Of a stretch of 64,000 nt of DNA, positions 55,773 to 64,000 are shown piece by piece. The first letter of the stretch is position 1. Each line of letters opens with the position of its first letter. The notes under the pieces were generated by a model, which searched no databases, was not told where the DNA came from, and saw nothing but the letters and a program-made list of their open reading frames with translations. This DNA comes from Escherichia phage TH12: sequence record MT446390.1; one strand, written 5' to 3'. A program made the position numbers and the translations under genes.

Positions 55773-56450
55773 ATGAGCACTGATGTTATTATAGATTTTG
55801 AAACATTCGGCAATACATCAAAAGCGGCTGTTATTGACCTTGCGGTTATTGCATATAATTCCGACCCTGAAGTTGTTGAATCATTTGAAGAACTTGTTCA
55901 ACGTGGTAAGCGAATTAAATTTAATTTAGCTTCTCAAAAAGGGAAGCGAGTTTTCGCTAAATCCACTATGAAATGGTGGAAAGAACAATCAGCAGAAGCA
56001 CGTAAAAACCTTGCTCCGTCTGAAGATGATGTCACTACGCTTGAAGGCATTAAAATCTTTTTAGACTATTGCCGAGCTAATAAAGTTGACCAATGGAAAT
56101 CACAGATGTGGTGCCGTGGTATGAGCTTTGACTTCCCGATCTTGGTCGATTTGATTCGTGACCTCTATCGTGATGAAGGTGTTCTTGAACCGGATATTGA
56201 TACTGATAAATTAGAACCGGTTAAATTCTGGGCTCAACGTGATATTCGTACGGCAATCGAAGCTTACTCGTTGACACGAGGATTAAGTATGTGTCCATTA
56301 CCGATGGGTACGCTAAAAGGATTCGTTGCCCATGATAGTGTTCATGATTGTGCTAAAGATATTTTGATGTTAAAATATGCTCAGCGTTATGCGCTTGGCC
56401 TTGAAGATGTCCCTGAGAATCCTGACCCGTTAAGTGTAAAACAGCGATAA
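55773..56450 (+). CDS. dexA: Exonuclease A (DEDD family)
   Basis: IDFETFG exo motif, FDFPILVDLIRD, HDSVHDCAKD; 225 aa. Confidence 0.85.
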   Translation: MSTDVIIDFETFGNTSKAAVIDLAVIAYNSDPEVVESFEELVQRGKRIKFNLASQKGKRVFAKSTMKWWKEQSAEARKNLAPSEDDVTTLEGIKIFLDYCRANKVDQWKSQMWCRGMSFDFPILVDLIRDLYRDEGVLEPDIDTDKLEPVKFWAQRDIRTAIEAYSLTRGLSMCPLPMGTLKGFVAHDSVHDCAKDILMLKYAQRYALGLEDVPENPDPLSVKQR

Positions 56451-56455
56451 AAACA

Positions 56456-56485
56456 GTTTACAACCAAGGATGGTTGGAGTATAAT
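56456..56485 (+). promoter_or_regulatory. Early promoter with spacer stem-loop (caacc-AAGGAT-ggttg)
   Basis: gtttac 56456-56461; tataat 56480-56485. Confidence 0.6.
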
Positions 56486-56515
56486 CTTTCTATCTTAACC
56501 AAACGGGAAAACATT

Positions 56516-57010
56516 ATGAATATCAATACCACGGCTACTTACATCCTGAAAGACGAAAAACAAATCAACTGGTACAGTGCTTCAGTGCGAGCTTATGAAA
56601 AGTTTTGTGAAATTTTAGGTGCCACTCAAGGTAATAGTTTCACTATTGTTAACTTCATCAAACAAGTTGAAGGCCCTTGGTTATTCTTAGAAATTAAAAA
56701 TTCATATGGTACAATTTCTACTACCGCCCTTCCAAGCACCGACTTTGAACTGTTGATTGAAGAAGTAGAACCCGTTAAAGATATCTGTATTGATATGGAT
56801 ATCACTTGTATGTACGGTACTCTGATTAAGCCTATTGAGCCTACTGATTTGTTGTGTAAATATGTTTCAATTCGACGCCCATTCGCTGGTCCAGTAAATG
56901 GATGGGTAACTGACCAATGGATTGAAGACGATGTTGAACTTCTGAACGTTGTTCATGCAGGTGATTTTAGTGTAGTTCCACGTAGTGCTGTGGTTAATAT
57001 CCTTAATTAA
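56516..57010 (+). CDS. Paralog family member 1 (164 aa)
   Basis: Internal ATG (MNINTT); C-terminal NGWVTDQWIEDDVELLNVVHAGDFSVV shared with next two genes. Confidence 0.6.
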   Translation: MNINTTATYILKDEKQINWYSASVRAYEKFCEILGATQGNSFTIVNFIKQVEGPWLFLEIKNSYGTISTTALPSTDFELLIEEVEPVKDICIDMDITCMYGTLIKPIEPTDLLCKYVSIRRPFAGPVNGWVTDQWIEDDVELLNVVHAGDFSVVPRSAVVNILN

Positions 57011-57013
57011 TGT

Positions 57014-57042
57014 TGTACATCCAAGGACGGATGGAGTATAAT
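57014..57042 (+). promoter_or_regulatory. Early promoter with compensated spacer stem-loop (catcc-AAGGAC-ggatg)
   Basis: tgtaca 57014-57019; tataat 57037-57042. Confidence 0.6.
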
Positions 57043-57072
57043 GAATTCAACTTAAACAAAGAGAGAGAAATT

Positions 57073-57528
57073 ATGATTACTATTGGTGAAATTAAGCGTG
57101 TATCATCTGCATCTCGTTCTAAAGCTGCAGGTCGTCTGGTTGAAGTTGTCGGACTTCGTACTAATGGTACTGGACGTGTTAAAGAAGTTAAAGTTCGAAT
57201 CATTCCTAGTTCCGGAAAAACTGAAACTCAGTACGCTTACGTAAGTCCTAAATTCTTGGAAACTCATGTGAGCGCTCATTTTGCTTCTACTGAACCTAAT
57301 GTACAGTTCAAATGGGCCTTGTGTAAAGGTGTTGAATTCCAGACTGATAAAGAATTTGACTTCATCGATGAATACGGTTATCCAAGCAAAACTGATACTA
57401 TGTGCGGCTTCATTAGTGACCAATGGGTTGAAGATGGTGAAAAGTTATACAATATCGTATTCTTAGGTGACTTCCGAGTTGTTAAAGAATCTGAAATCAC
57501 TCGCTATGTGTCTCCTCGTAAAGCTTAA
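57073..57528 (+). CDS. Paralog family member 2 (151 aa)
   Basis: Internal ATG (MITIGEIK); SRSKAAGRLVEV...GFISDQWVEDGEKLYNIVFLGDFRVV. Confidence 0.6.
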   Translation: MITIGEIKRVSSASRSKAAGRLVEVVGLRTNGTGRVKEVKVRIIPSSGKTETQYAYVSPKFLETHVSAHFASTEPNVQFKWALCKGVEFQTDKEFDFIDEYGYPSKTDTMCGFISDQWVEDGEKLYNIVFLGDFRVVKESEITRYVSPRKA

Positions 57529-57537
57529 GGAATTATT

Positions 57538-57957
57538 ATGAATATTGTAAATCTCTCTACAGGTGATTACGTATATGTATCTGTTGCTTCTCGCTCTAAA
57601 GTTGCCGGGAAGTTGGTTGAAGTTCTTTCTGTGAGTGATCCGGTTTTTGGTCGTAACCAAGTTAAAGTTCGTGATGCTAATGGTAATATTGGCTACGTCT
57701 CAAGCCAGTTCATTGAGCCAGAAGAAAAAGCGTTCAAATGGGGACTATGCAGATCAGTTTCTGTTGAAAAAGACCATGAATTCACTATTGCTGCGGCAAC
57801 TGATGGAACGCCATGGAAAACTAAGCAAATCGGCGGATTTATTAGCGACCGTTGGGTAGAAGATGGTGTTAAGCTTTATAACATCGTTTTCGCTGGTCAG
57901 TTCATGGTAGTTCCTGAATTCCAAATTAAAAAATATAGCCCAGCTGCTTTCGCATAA
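57538..57957 (+). CDS. Paralog family member 3 (139 aa)
   Basis: SRSKVAGKLVEV...GFISDRWVEDGVKLYNIVFAGQFMVV. Confidence 0.65.
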   Translation: MNIVNLSTGDYVYVSVASRSKVAGKLVEVLSVSDPVFGRNQVKVRDANGNIGYVSSQFIEPEEKAFKWGLCRSVSVEKDHEFTIAAATDGTPWKTKQIGGFISDRWVEDGVKLYNIVFAGQFMVVPEFQIKKYSPAAFA

Positions 57958-57961
57958 AGTT

Positions 57962-58012
57962 GTTTACTTCTCCTCTGGTTTTGATATTATAACCATATCA
58001 ACCAGAGGAGAA
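57962..58012 (+). promoter_or_regulatory. T4-type early promoter with 13-bp perfect inverted repeat sequestering the SD
   Basis: gtttac 57962-57967, tattat 57985-57990; arms ttctcctctggtt 57968-57980 / aaccagaggagaa 58000-58012. Confidence 0.65.
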
Positions 58013-58016
58013 TAAT

Positions 58017-58541
58017 ATGTTAGTTTACCGCGTAGAACGTAGTTTTTGTACTCAACGTGAATCATTACCAGGAATTGCTATCGAAGACGGTAAAGCCGTC
58101 AGAATTTGGGAAACCTCTTGGAATAAAGAACCTCGCTCGCCATACGGTTGGTCGGGCACCGACAACTCTGAAGAAACATGGGAGTTCCTTGATAAACATG
58201 GAATACTCTCAGGTAACTTCTACCATCACGGCGACAACTATAATGTCCCTAATCGTCCTACAGTAAATGAAGACAAACTCCTTGAACAAAATATCTTAAG
58301 ATACTATAGAATTGAGCACACATTTGAATTGAGTGAAGATTGGGCTCAAGGGTTCTATTTTGGATTTGAAAGTGTTGATGCGGTTTATGCATGGTTTGAT
58401 GACCAGGTGGATGTTGAACTCTTGAAAGCTAAAGGATACTACATCGCGGTCTATGAAGCACCTGATTTCATCCTCGGAAGTTGTCAATTAATGTTTAGAC
58501 GTTCATTGGCAGAACAAGTTGATTTTATTTTGCTAAAATGA
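58017..58541 (+). CDS. Hypothetical protein (174 aa)
   Basis: ATG after GAGGAG. Confidence 0.6.
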   Translation: MLVYRVERSFCTQRESLPGIAIEDGKAVRIWETSWNKEPRSPYGWSGTDNSEETWEFLDKHGILSGNFYHHGDNYNVPNRPTVNEDKLLEQNILRYYRIEHTFELSEDWAQGFYFGFESVDAVYAWFDDQVDVELLKAKGYYIAVYEAPDFILGSCQLMFRRSLAEQVDFILLK

Positions 58542-58598
58542 TGTACAACAACTATGGTCTATGATACTATAGACCTATCAAAACAAGAGGAGAATATT

Positions 58599-58826
58599 AT
58601 GAAACGTCAAATCATTAAAAACGTAACTACTGATTCAAATATCGATGAGTTTGAAGATGTTCTGTTTAATCCTGATTTAGTTGTTGTACAGAAAAACTGG
58701 ACTGAATTTTTATGCTACACTGAAGTGGTTTACGTTTACGAAAAACTAGGCGATGAAATGCCTATCTATGGTATCTTCCGTGAAATCACTGAAAATGGTA
58801 CAACTTATTGGAAGGAAACTTACTAA
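58599..58826 (+). CDS. Hypothetical protein (75 aa)
   Basis: Internal ATG after AGAGGAG; track start 58554 lies in promoter. Confidence 0.5.
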   Translation: MKRQIIKNVTTDSNIDEFEDVLFNPDLVVVQKNWTEFLCYTEVVYVYEKLGDEMPIYGIFREITENGTTYWKETY

Positions 58827-59236
58827 TGGCTAATAAATTCCGCGTTAACTTATGGTACCAATTTAAAGATAAACGTGCCCAAGAAGAGTTTATTAAAAAC
58901 CACACTGATAATGGGATTTATGCACGACGTCTTGGCCTGGAACCATTTAAAGTATTAGATGTTGACCATCTTGGTCGTCCTACTAAAATTGTGACATCTA
59001 CTGGCATGGTTGGATACGCAACAGGCGGTGATATTCTTGATGAAAACTTTATCTGGCTCTCTACTAGTGAAGCAGAGTTTTTTGATGAAGTGGGAAATCC
59101 GTATCAAGCGTCCGAAGAGCAAGATTCTGGTGAACTTGACGAATTGTCTGAATTTCCGGTGATGACAATTACTATCGAAAATAACGACCAGGCATGGTCT
59201 TTGTATCAAATGTTGAAAGCACATTTTAAGGAATAA
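58826..59236 (+). CDS. Hypothetical acidic protein (136 aa)
   Basis: TAATG overlap. Confidence 0.55.
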   Translation: MANKFRVNLWYQFKDKRAQEEFIKNHTDNGIYARRLGLEPFKVLDVDHLGRPTKIVTSTGMVGYATGGDILDENFIWLSTSEAEFFDEVGNPYQASEEQDSGELDELSEFPVMTITIENNDQAWSLYQMLKAHFKE

Positions 59237-59241
59237 TAATA

Positions 59242-59421
59242 ATGCCGTTATACGACTATAAATGTCAATCTGAAGGTTGTGGCCATGAATATGAAAAAAT
59301 TAAAAGGATTTCTGAACGAGAAAACGATGTTTGCCCTGAATGTCATCGTCTGTCTACTCGTCGGGTTTCTGCTCCTAAACATGTGAACGGTGGTTTTTAC
59401 GACTTACTTAAGAAGGGTTAA
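59242..59421 (+). CDS. Zinc-ribbon small protein (59 aa)
   Basis: CQSEGCGH...CPECH two CxxC pairs; below track cutoff. Confidence 0.5.
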   Translation: MPLYDYKCQSEGCGHEYEKIKRISERENDVCPECHRLSTRRVSAPKHVNGGFYDLLKKG

Positions 59422-59423
59422 TT

Positions 59424-59849
59424 ATGGCTTTTAAAGGTTTTGAAGTTGGTAAGAAATATCGTATTATCAAAGGACAGGAAGATAATTTCTTGAGAATTCT
59501 TAATACGACTGGTAAACGTCTTAATACTAATCTGCATACTACTTTATTGTCCAAAGATTTTATTGTGGAAGAGATGATTGGTTACGGTGTTTCAATGATT
59601 GCTGTAGAAGCCGTAGGCGATTATGGCCGAACTATTCATAGTATGCAAGGTGATATTCTGCTTTATGGTGCAGAATTTAAATTCTTTGAAGAAGTTCAGG
59701 AACCAGATACAGCTGTCGATTTCAAAAAAGGCTCTATAGAATTTGTTGATGGTTCGGTGATCGTATCAGGCGATGTGGTCATTACAGTTAAAAGTGAACA
59801 AGGGCGTTTGGCTGTAATTGATGCACTTCAGAAAATTAAATTTAAATAA
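59424..59849 (+). CDS. Hypothetical protein (141 aa)
   Basis: ATG right after upstream stop. Confidence 0.6.
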   Translation: MAFKGFEVGKKYRIIKGQEDNFLRILNTTGKRLNTNLHTTLLSKDFIVEEMIGYGVSMIAVEAVGDYGRTIHSMQGDILLYGAEFKFFEEVQEPDTAVDFKKGSIEFVDGSVIVSGDVVITVKSEQGRLAVIDALQKIKFK

Positions 59850-59866
59850 GGGCTTCGGCCCTTTTT
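59848..59866 (+). terminator. Intrinsic terminator
   Basis: aagggc-ttcg-gccctt followed by ttttt. Confidence 0.65.
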
Positions 59867-59912
59867 GCTTTAGATTTCGGATGATAGAATACCTTCATAA
59901 CGAGGAGACAAT

Positions 59913-61733
59913 ATGATTAAAAATGAAATTAAGGTATTGTCAGATGTAGAACATATTAAGAAACGTAGTGGTATGTATATTGGTTCTTCTGCTAAAGAAG
60001 CCCACGAGCGTTTTTTGTTTGGTAAATATCAACAAGTTGAATATGTTCCAGGTCTGGTTAAATTAATCGATGAGATTATTGACAACTCGGTTGATGAAGC
60101 TATTCGTACATCATTTAAGTTTGCAAATAAAATTGATGTGCAAATTAAAAATAATCAAGTTTCGGTGGAAGATAATGGACGTGGTATTCCTCAAGGTTTA
60201 GTTACCGACCAAACAGGTGAACAAATTCCTGGGCCTGTAGCAGCCTGGACTATTCCAAAGGCCGGTGGTAACTTTGGCGATGACTCTGAACGCAAGACTG
60301 GTGGTATGAACGGCGTCGGGAGTAGTTTAACTAATATCTTCTCTACGTTGTTTACAGGCATTACGTCAGATGGCGAAAATGAAATCACTGTTAACTGTTC
60401 AAACGGAATGGAAAACAAATCATGGTCTTCTAAGAAATCTAAAGGTAAAGGCACTAAAGTAATCTTCACTCCTGATTTCACTTCATTTGAAGAGCATAAT
60501 TTATCTCAAATTTATTTAGATATTACTTTAGACCGACTTCAAACATTGGCAGTCGTTTATCCTGATATCAAGTTCACATTTAATGGTAAAAAGGTTGATG
60601 GTAATTTTAAACGATTTGCTAAACAATTTGGTGAAGATAACATCATTCAAGAAAATGATAAAGTCTCTATAGCATTCACAACATCACCAGATGGCTTCCG
60701 TCATTTAACTTATGTGAATAACATCCATACTAAAAACGGCGGTCATCATGTTGAATGTGTAATGGATGATATCTGTGAACATCTTTTGCCTGGTATTAAA
60801 AAGAAATATAAGGGTATTGAAGTCACTAAAGCTCGTGTTAAAGAATGTCTCACAATGTTGATGTTTATTAGAGACATGAGCAACATGCGTTTTGATTCTC
60901 AGACTAAAGAACGTTTAACGTCAACGTATGGTGATATTCGTAATCATATCCAATTAGATGCTAAGAAAATTGCTCAGGCACTTCTTAAAAATGAAGCCTT
61001 GATTATGCCTATTGTTGAAGCAGCATTAGCTCGTAAATTGGCGGCAGAAAAGGCTGCAGAAACTAAAGCGGCTAAAAAGGCAACTAAAGCTAAGGTTCAT
61101 AAGCATATTAAAGCTAACCAATGTGGTAAAGATGCAGATACGACATTGTTCTTAACAGAAGGTGATTCGGCAATTGGTTATCTCATTGATGTTCGTGACC
61201 GTGAACTACATGGTGGATTCCCATTACGTGGTAAGGTGATGAATAGCTGGGGTATGTCATATGCTGATATGATGAAGAACAAAGAGCTCTTTGATATCTG
61301 TGCTATCACAGGTCTTATTCTTGGTGAAAAGGCAGAGAATACGAACTATCGTAATATTGCAATTATGACTGATGCCGATCATGACGGCCTTGGAAGTATT
61401 TATCCGGCTTTGCTTGCTTTCTTTAGTAATTGGCCTGAATTGTTTGAACAAGGACGTATTCGCTTTGTTAAAACGCCTGTAATTATTGCACAAATTGGCA
61501 AAACTCAAAAATGGTTTTATACTGTAGCTGAGTATGAAGAAGTTAAAGATACACTGCCTAAGCATAGTATTCGATACATCAAGGGATTGGGCTCACTTCA
61601 GCGGGATGAATATAAAGAAATGATTCAAAACCCTGTGTACGACGTAGTTAAACTTCCTGAAAATTGGAAAGAACTATTTGAAATGCTCATGGGTAACGAC
61701 CCTGAACTCCGTAAAGATTGGATGCTTGGTTAA
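59913..61733 (+). CDS. 39: Topoisomerase II ATPase subunit, uninterrupted gp39/gp60 fusion form
   Basis: 606 aa; GHKL ATPase IDNSVDE...EDNGRGIP...GGMNGVGSS and TOPRIM-like TEGDSA...DADHDG in one ORF. Confidence 0.9.
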   Translation: MIKNEIKVLSDVEHIKKRSGMYIGSSAKEAHERFLFGKYQQVEYVPGLVKLIDEIIDNSVDEAIRTSFKFANKIDVQIKNNQVSVEDNGRGIPQGLVTDQTGEQIPGPVAAWTIPKAGGNFGDDSERKTGGMNGVGSSLTNIFSTLFTGITSDGENEITVNCSNGMENKSWSSKKSKGKGTKVIFTPDFTSFEEHNLSQIYLDITLDRLQTLAVVYPDIKFTFNGKKVDGNFKRFAKQFGEDNIIQENDKVSIAFTTSPDGFRHLTYVNNIHTKNGGHHVECVMDDICEHLLPGIKKKYKGIEVTKARVKECLTMLMFIRDMSNMRFDSQTKERLTSTYGDIRNHIQLDAKKIAQALLKNEALIMPIVEAALARKLAAEKAAETKAAKKATKAKVHKHIKANQCGKDADTTLFLTEGDSAIGYLIDVRDRELHGGFPLRGKVMNSWGMSYADMMKNKELFDICAITGLILGEKAENTNYRNIAIMTDADHDGLGSIYPALLAFFSNWPELFEQGRIRFVKTPVIIAQIGKTQKWFYTVAEYEEVKDTLPKHSIRYIKGLGSLQRDEYKEMIQNPVYDVVKLPENWKELFEMLMGNDPELRKDWMLG

Positions 61734-61747
61734 TTGATAGATGTCCT

Positions 61748-61775
61748 AAGCTCCTTCGGGAGCTTCATTTTAATT
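61748..61775 (+). terminator. Hairpin terminator candidate
   Basis: aagctcc-ttcg-ggagctt then cattttaatttt. Confidence 0.55.
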
Positions 61776-61791
61776 TTAATAAGGCTTAATT

Positions 61792-62892
61792 ATGAAAGTT
61801 ATGTTTATCCCATCTCGCGCAGTCCCATTTAACCCAGAACGTGTACAAGGTGGTCTTGAAGCAGTACATTTAAATGTGTTGAAATATCTTGTGTCCATCG
61901 GTGCTGATATTGATTATATCGGCTTTGATAATGACACATTTGGTGATTGGAAGGTTAATCATCATCCTGTTGGTCATCTGACTAAATTCAGTCTAGGTAT
62001 GAGTTATACTATGGCTCGTAAGATTGTTGAACTAGCCGGCATCCATGAATACGATTTCGTTGTTACTATGGAACCGACTAAACTAACCGTTCAGGCAATT
62101 AAAGACGCAGGTCTCTCTAAAGTTCATAAGAATTTTATGGCAACACCATTTGAACCGGTATCTCGTGGCATTGTTCAAATTTGGGACCAGACTATTCAAA
62201 TTCATAAGAACGGTGGTAAGAGTTATGCTCCTACTAAAGCCTTCCGTGAATTTGAACGTAAATATTGTTATATGACTTCAGGTCTGACTGACAAAATTGA
62301 TTATGATTATTGGCGAGCAAATCCGTTGTTTGAAGCCGAAGATTATCCGGTTATTTGTTTGAATGAGAAACCTGAAGTTCTTCCGGCGACTGATCTGATT
62401 ATTAGTGCACAACGTTATGACACTAAAATGCGTCGTACTGATGTTGCTCTTGAAGCGATTAAAGCACTAGGCGAAAATGGTGCAGGATACTGTCCTAGTA
62501 AATGGGCACCACCGGCTAAGTATCCTGTTATTATTGATGCTCCACACAGTGAAATCATGGAACGTCTTAAAACAGCTAAAGCACTTATTAATACGTGTCC
62601 TGACACAGGTACGGTAGAGAATAGTTCTATTGAAGCCATCTCTAAAGGTGTCCCTGTAATCCAGTTAGTTTTTAAGGATTATCCTCATGCGACATTTGAA
62701 TATGACCCAGATACTGTGCGTGTAGAAATTGATTCCTCTACTCCTAAGAAAGAAGTAGTTGCGCTTTACACAAAAGCTGTATTAGAATTCACTGACACAT
62801 ACGAAGCTCGAGTTAAACGCGCTGAAGCAGTGTGGAAGAAGTATAATCGAGATGCAGTTGTTGCGATGTGGGATAAAATCTTCACAGCGTAA
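61792..62892 (+). CDS. Candidate GT-B-fold glycosyltransferase (possible DNA glycosyltransferase)
   Basis: 366 aa; C-terminal TGTVENSSIEAISKGVPVIQ resembles GT-B nucleotide-sugar-binding E-x7-E region; fold not verified. Confidence 0.6.
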   Translation: MKVMFIPSRAVPFNPERVQGGLEAVHLNVLKYLVSIGADIDYIGFDNDTFGDWKVNHHPVGHLTKFSLGMSYTMARKIVELAGIHEYDFVVTMEPTKLTVQAIKDAGLSKVHKNFMATPFEPVSRGIVQIWDQTIQIHKNGGKSYAPTKAFREFERKYCYMTSGLTDKIDYDYWRANPLFEAEDYPVICLNEKPEVLPATDLIISAQRYDTKMRRTDVALEAIKALGENGAGYCPSKWAPPAKYPVIIDAPHSEIMERLKTAKALINTCPDTGTVENSSIEAISKGVPVIQLVFKDYPHATFEYDPDTVRVEIDSSTPKKEVVALYTKAVLEFTDTYEARVKRAEAVWKKYNRDAVVAMWDKIFTA

Positions 62893-62984
62893 ATCCTGAA
62901 TAGCCTGAGGCACTATTACACATAAGATGATAGATTATATGGTCTTTAGTAATAGTGCCCTAGGAATCTACTGAAGAGAATATT

Positions 62985-63185
62985 ATGAGAACATATAACG
63001 TGGACTTGGAACTTTTTGATAAAGCAGTGCTCCGGGAATTCCGGCTTATCCAAAGATTTTTTGATATCGAGTCAGCAGAGTCCTTTAAAGAACGCTTTAA
63101 AGAAATTCGATATAAAATACAAACCGATACAGCTACTAAAGAAGAACTTCTTGAAGTAGCAGAAATTTTTAAACGTAACTTGTGA
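62985..63185 (+). CDS. Small protein (66 aa), rIIA.1-like by position
   Basis: ATG after GAAGAG; immediately upstream of rIIA. Confidence 0.55.
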   Translation: MRTYNVDLELFDKAVLREFRLIQRFFDIESAESFKERFKEIRYKIQTDTATKEELLEVAEIFKRNL

Positions 63186-63197
63186 TGAGAGAAAAAT

Positions 63198-64000
63198 ATG
63201 ATTATTGAAACGGCTAAAGAAACGATTATTGGTTCTGGTGGTAAAAGCACAGCATTTACTATTCAAGGCAATAGCAAAGTTTATAAGATTTTGTCTAATG
63301 ACCTTTATACAAACAAAGAATTGGCTTGTGTACGTGAATTAATTACAAACTGTATCGATGGACAAATTCTTAACGGTTGCACTGATAAGTTTATTGTTCA
63401 GGCTCCAGGTCGTTTAGACCCACGTTTTGTAGTTCGTGATTTTGGACCGGGTATGAGCGATTTCACCATTCGAGGTAATGACGAAGAGCCAGGAATCTAT
63501 AACTCATATTTTGCTTCAACTAAAACATCGAGTAACGATTTCATTGGTGGATTCGGACTCGGCTCTAAAGCTCCATTAGCATATACTGATACGTTTAACC
63601 TTACGTCTTATCATAATGGTGAAGTTCGTGGTTACGTAATCTACCAAGATGACACAGGTCCACAGATTAAGCCGACCTTTGTAGATAAGATGGGTCCTGA
63701 TGACCGTACGGGTGTAGAAGTAGTTGTACCGGTTAACCCGGAAGATTTTGGAAAGTTTGCATCCGAAATTGCATATGTTATGCGTCCTCTAGGTGATATT
63801 GCAGAAGTTCGTGGTGTTAAAGATATTAAATACTTCCCAGAATTTGATGATGTATATTTGGCCAAGGAAGCTCCATGGGGTGAACGTGGTAATATCATGG
63901 CTGTTTATGGCGGTATTGTATATCCAATCGGAAGTGTTATTAAAGAACAAACATGGATGATGACACGATGCACTACAGCTTATATTAAATTCCCTATGGG
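63198..64000 (+). CDS. rIIA: rIIA protein, 3'-truncated at window edge
   Basis: [55 protein letters not shown]...DFGPGMSDF...GGIVYPIG matches T4 rIIA N-terminal region; open to window end. Confidence 0.95.
   Translation, partial: MIIETAKETIIGSGGKSTAFTIQGNSKVYKILSNDLYTNKELACVRELITNCIDGQILNGCTDKFIVQAPGRLDPRFVVRDFGPGMSDFTIRGNDEEPGIYNSYFASTKTSSNDFIGGFGLGSKAPLAYTDTFNLTSYHNGEVRGYVIYQDDTGPQIKPTFVDKMGPDDRTGVEVVVPVNPEDFGKFASEIAYVMRPLGDIAEVRGVKDIKYFPEFDDVYLAKEAPWGERGNIMAVYGGIVYPIGSVIKEQTWMMTRCTTAYIKFPM

Noticed and set aside
63641-63898. Minus-strand ORF (85 aa) inside rIIA
   Set aside because: Antisense to rIIA, whose translation matches T4.
1-64000. CRISPR arrays, tRNA genes, introns and homing endonucleases
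   Set aside because: The dispersed repeats are promoter cassettes with unequal spacing, not CRISPR repeats. No cloverleaf-like tRNA or GIY-YIG/HNH ORF was recognised, and nrdD and gene 43 are uninterrupted; a proper tRNA and intron scan was not possible by eye.

Overview
This window is a T4-like (Tevenvirinae) myovirus segment, given as the reverse complement of the usual T4 map, so almost every gene is on the + strand. Gene order follows T4 early/middle transcription: lysozyme e (5'-truncated), internal-protein genes, denV, regB, tk, nrdC, 49, nrdD, nrdG, 55, 47, 46, 45, 44, 62, regA, 43, a 42 homolog, uvsX, 41, dmd, imm-like, sp, 61, 56, soc, modB/modA, dda, dexA, a fused 39/60 topoisomerase subunit, and the 5' part of rIIA. 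The DNA polymerase N-terminus matches my recollection of phage RB69 gp43, so this is probably RB69 or a close relative; I cannot verify that without a database search. The main anomaly is a block between gene 43 and uvsX (34993-41544) where T4 carries imm, 42 and beta-gt. Here it encodes a SIS sugar-phosphate isomerase, a nucleotidyltransferase-kinase fusion, a HAD phosphatase, a Cys-rich enzyme, a divergent dCMP hydroxymethylase, an unknown 299-aa protein and a P-loop kinase, which reads as a pentose-nucleotide DNA hypermodification pathway. No alpha-gt, beta-gt or dam homolog was recognised at their T4 positions, and a candidate glycosyltransferase sits between the topoisomerase and rIIA. 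Other notable features are a GrcA-like glycyl-radical protein with host-like codon usage, a macro-domain protein, a secreted lytic transglycosylase, a Pol-beta nucleotidyltransferase with an AAA+ ATPase, adjacent imm-like and sp genes, and T4-type early promoters carrying inverted repeats that would sequester the downstream ribosome-binding site. Many ORF-track starts are TTG/GTG artefacts; where the translation shows an internal Met I moved the start to that ATG. All domain calls are from motifs read by eye, not from searches.
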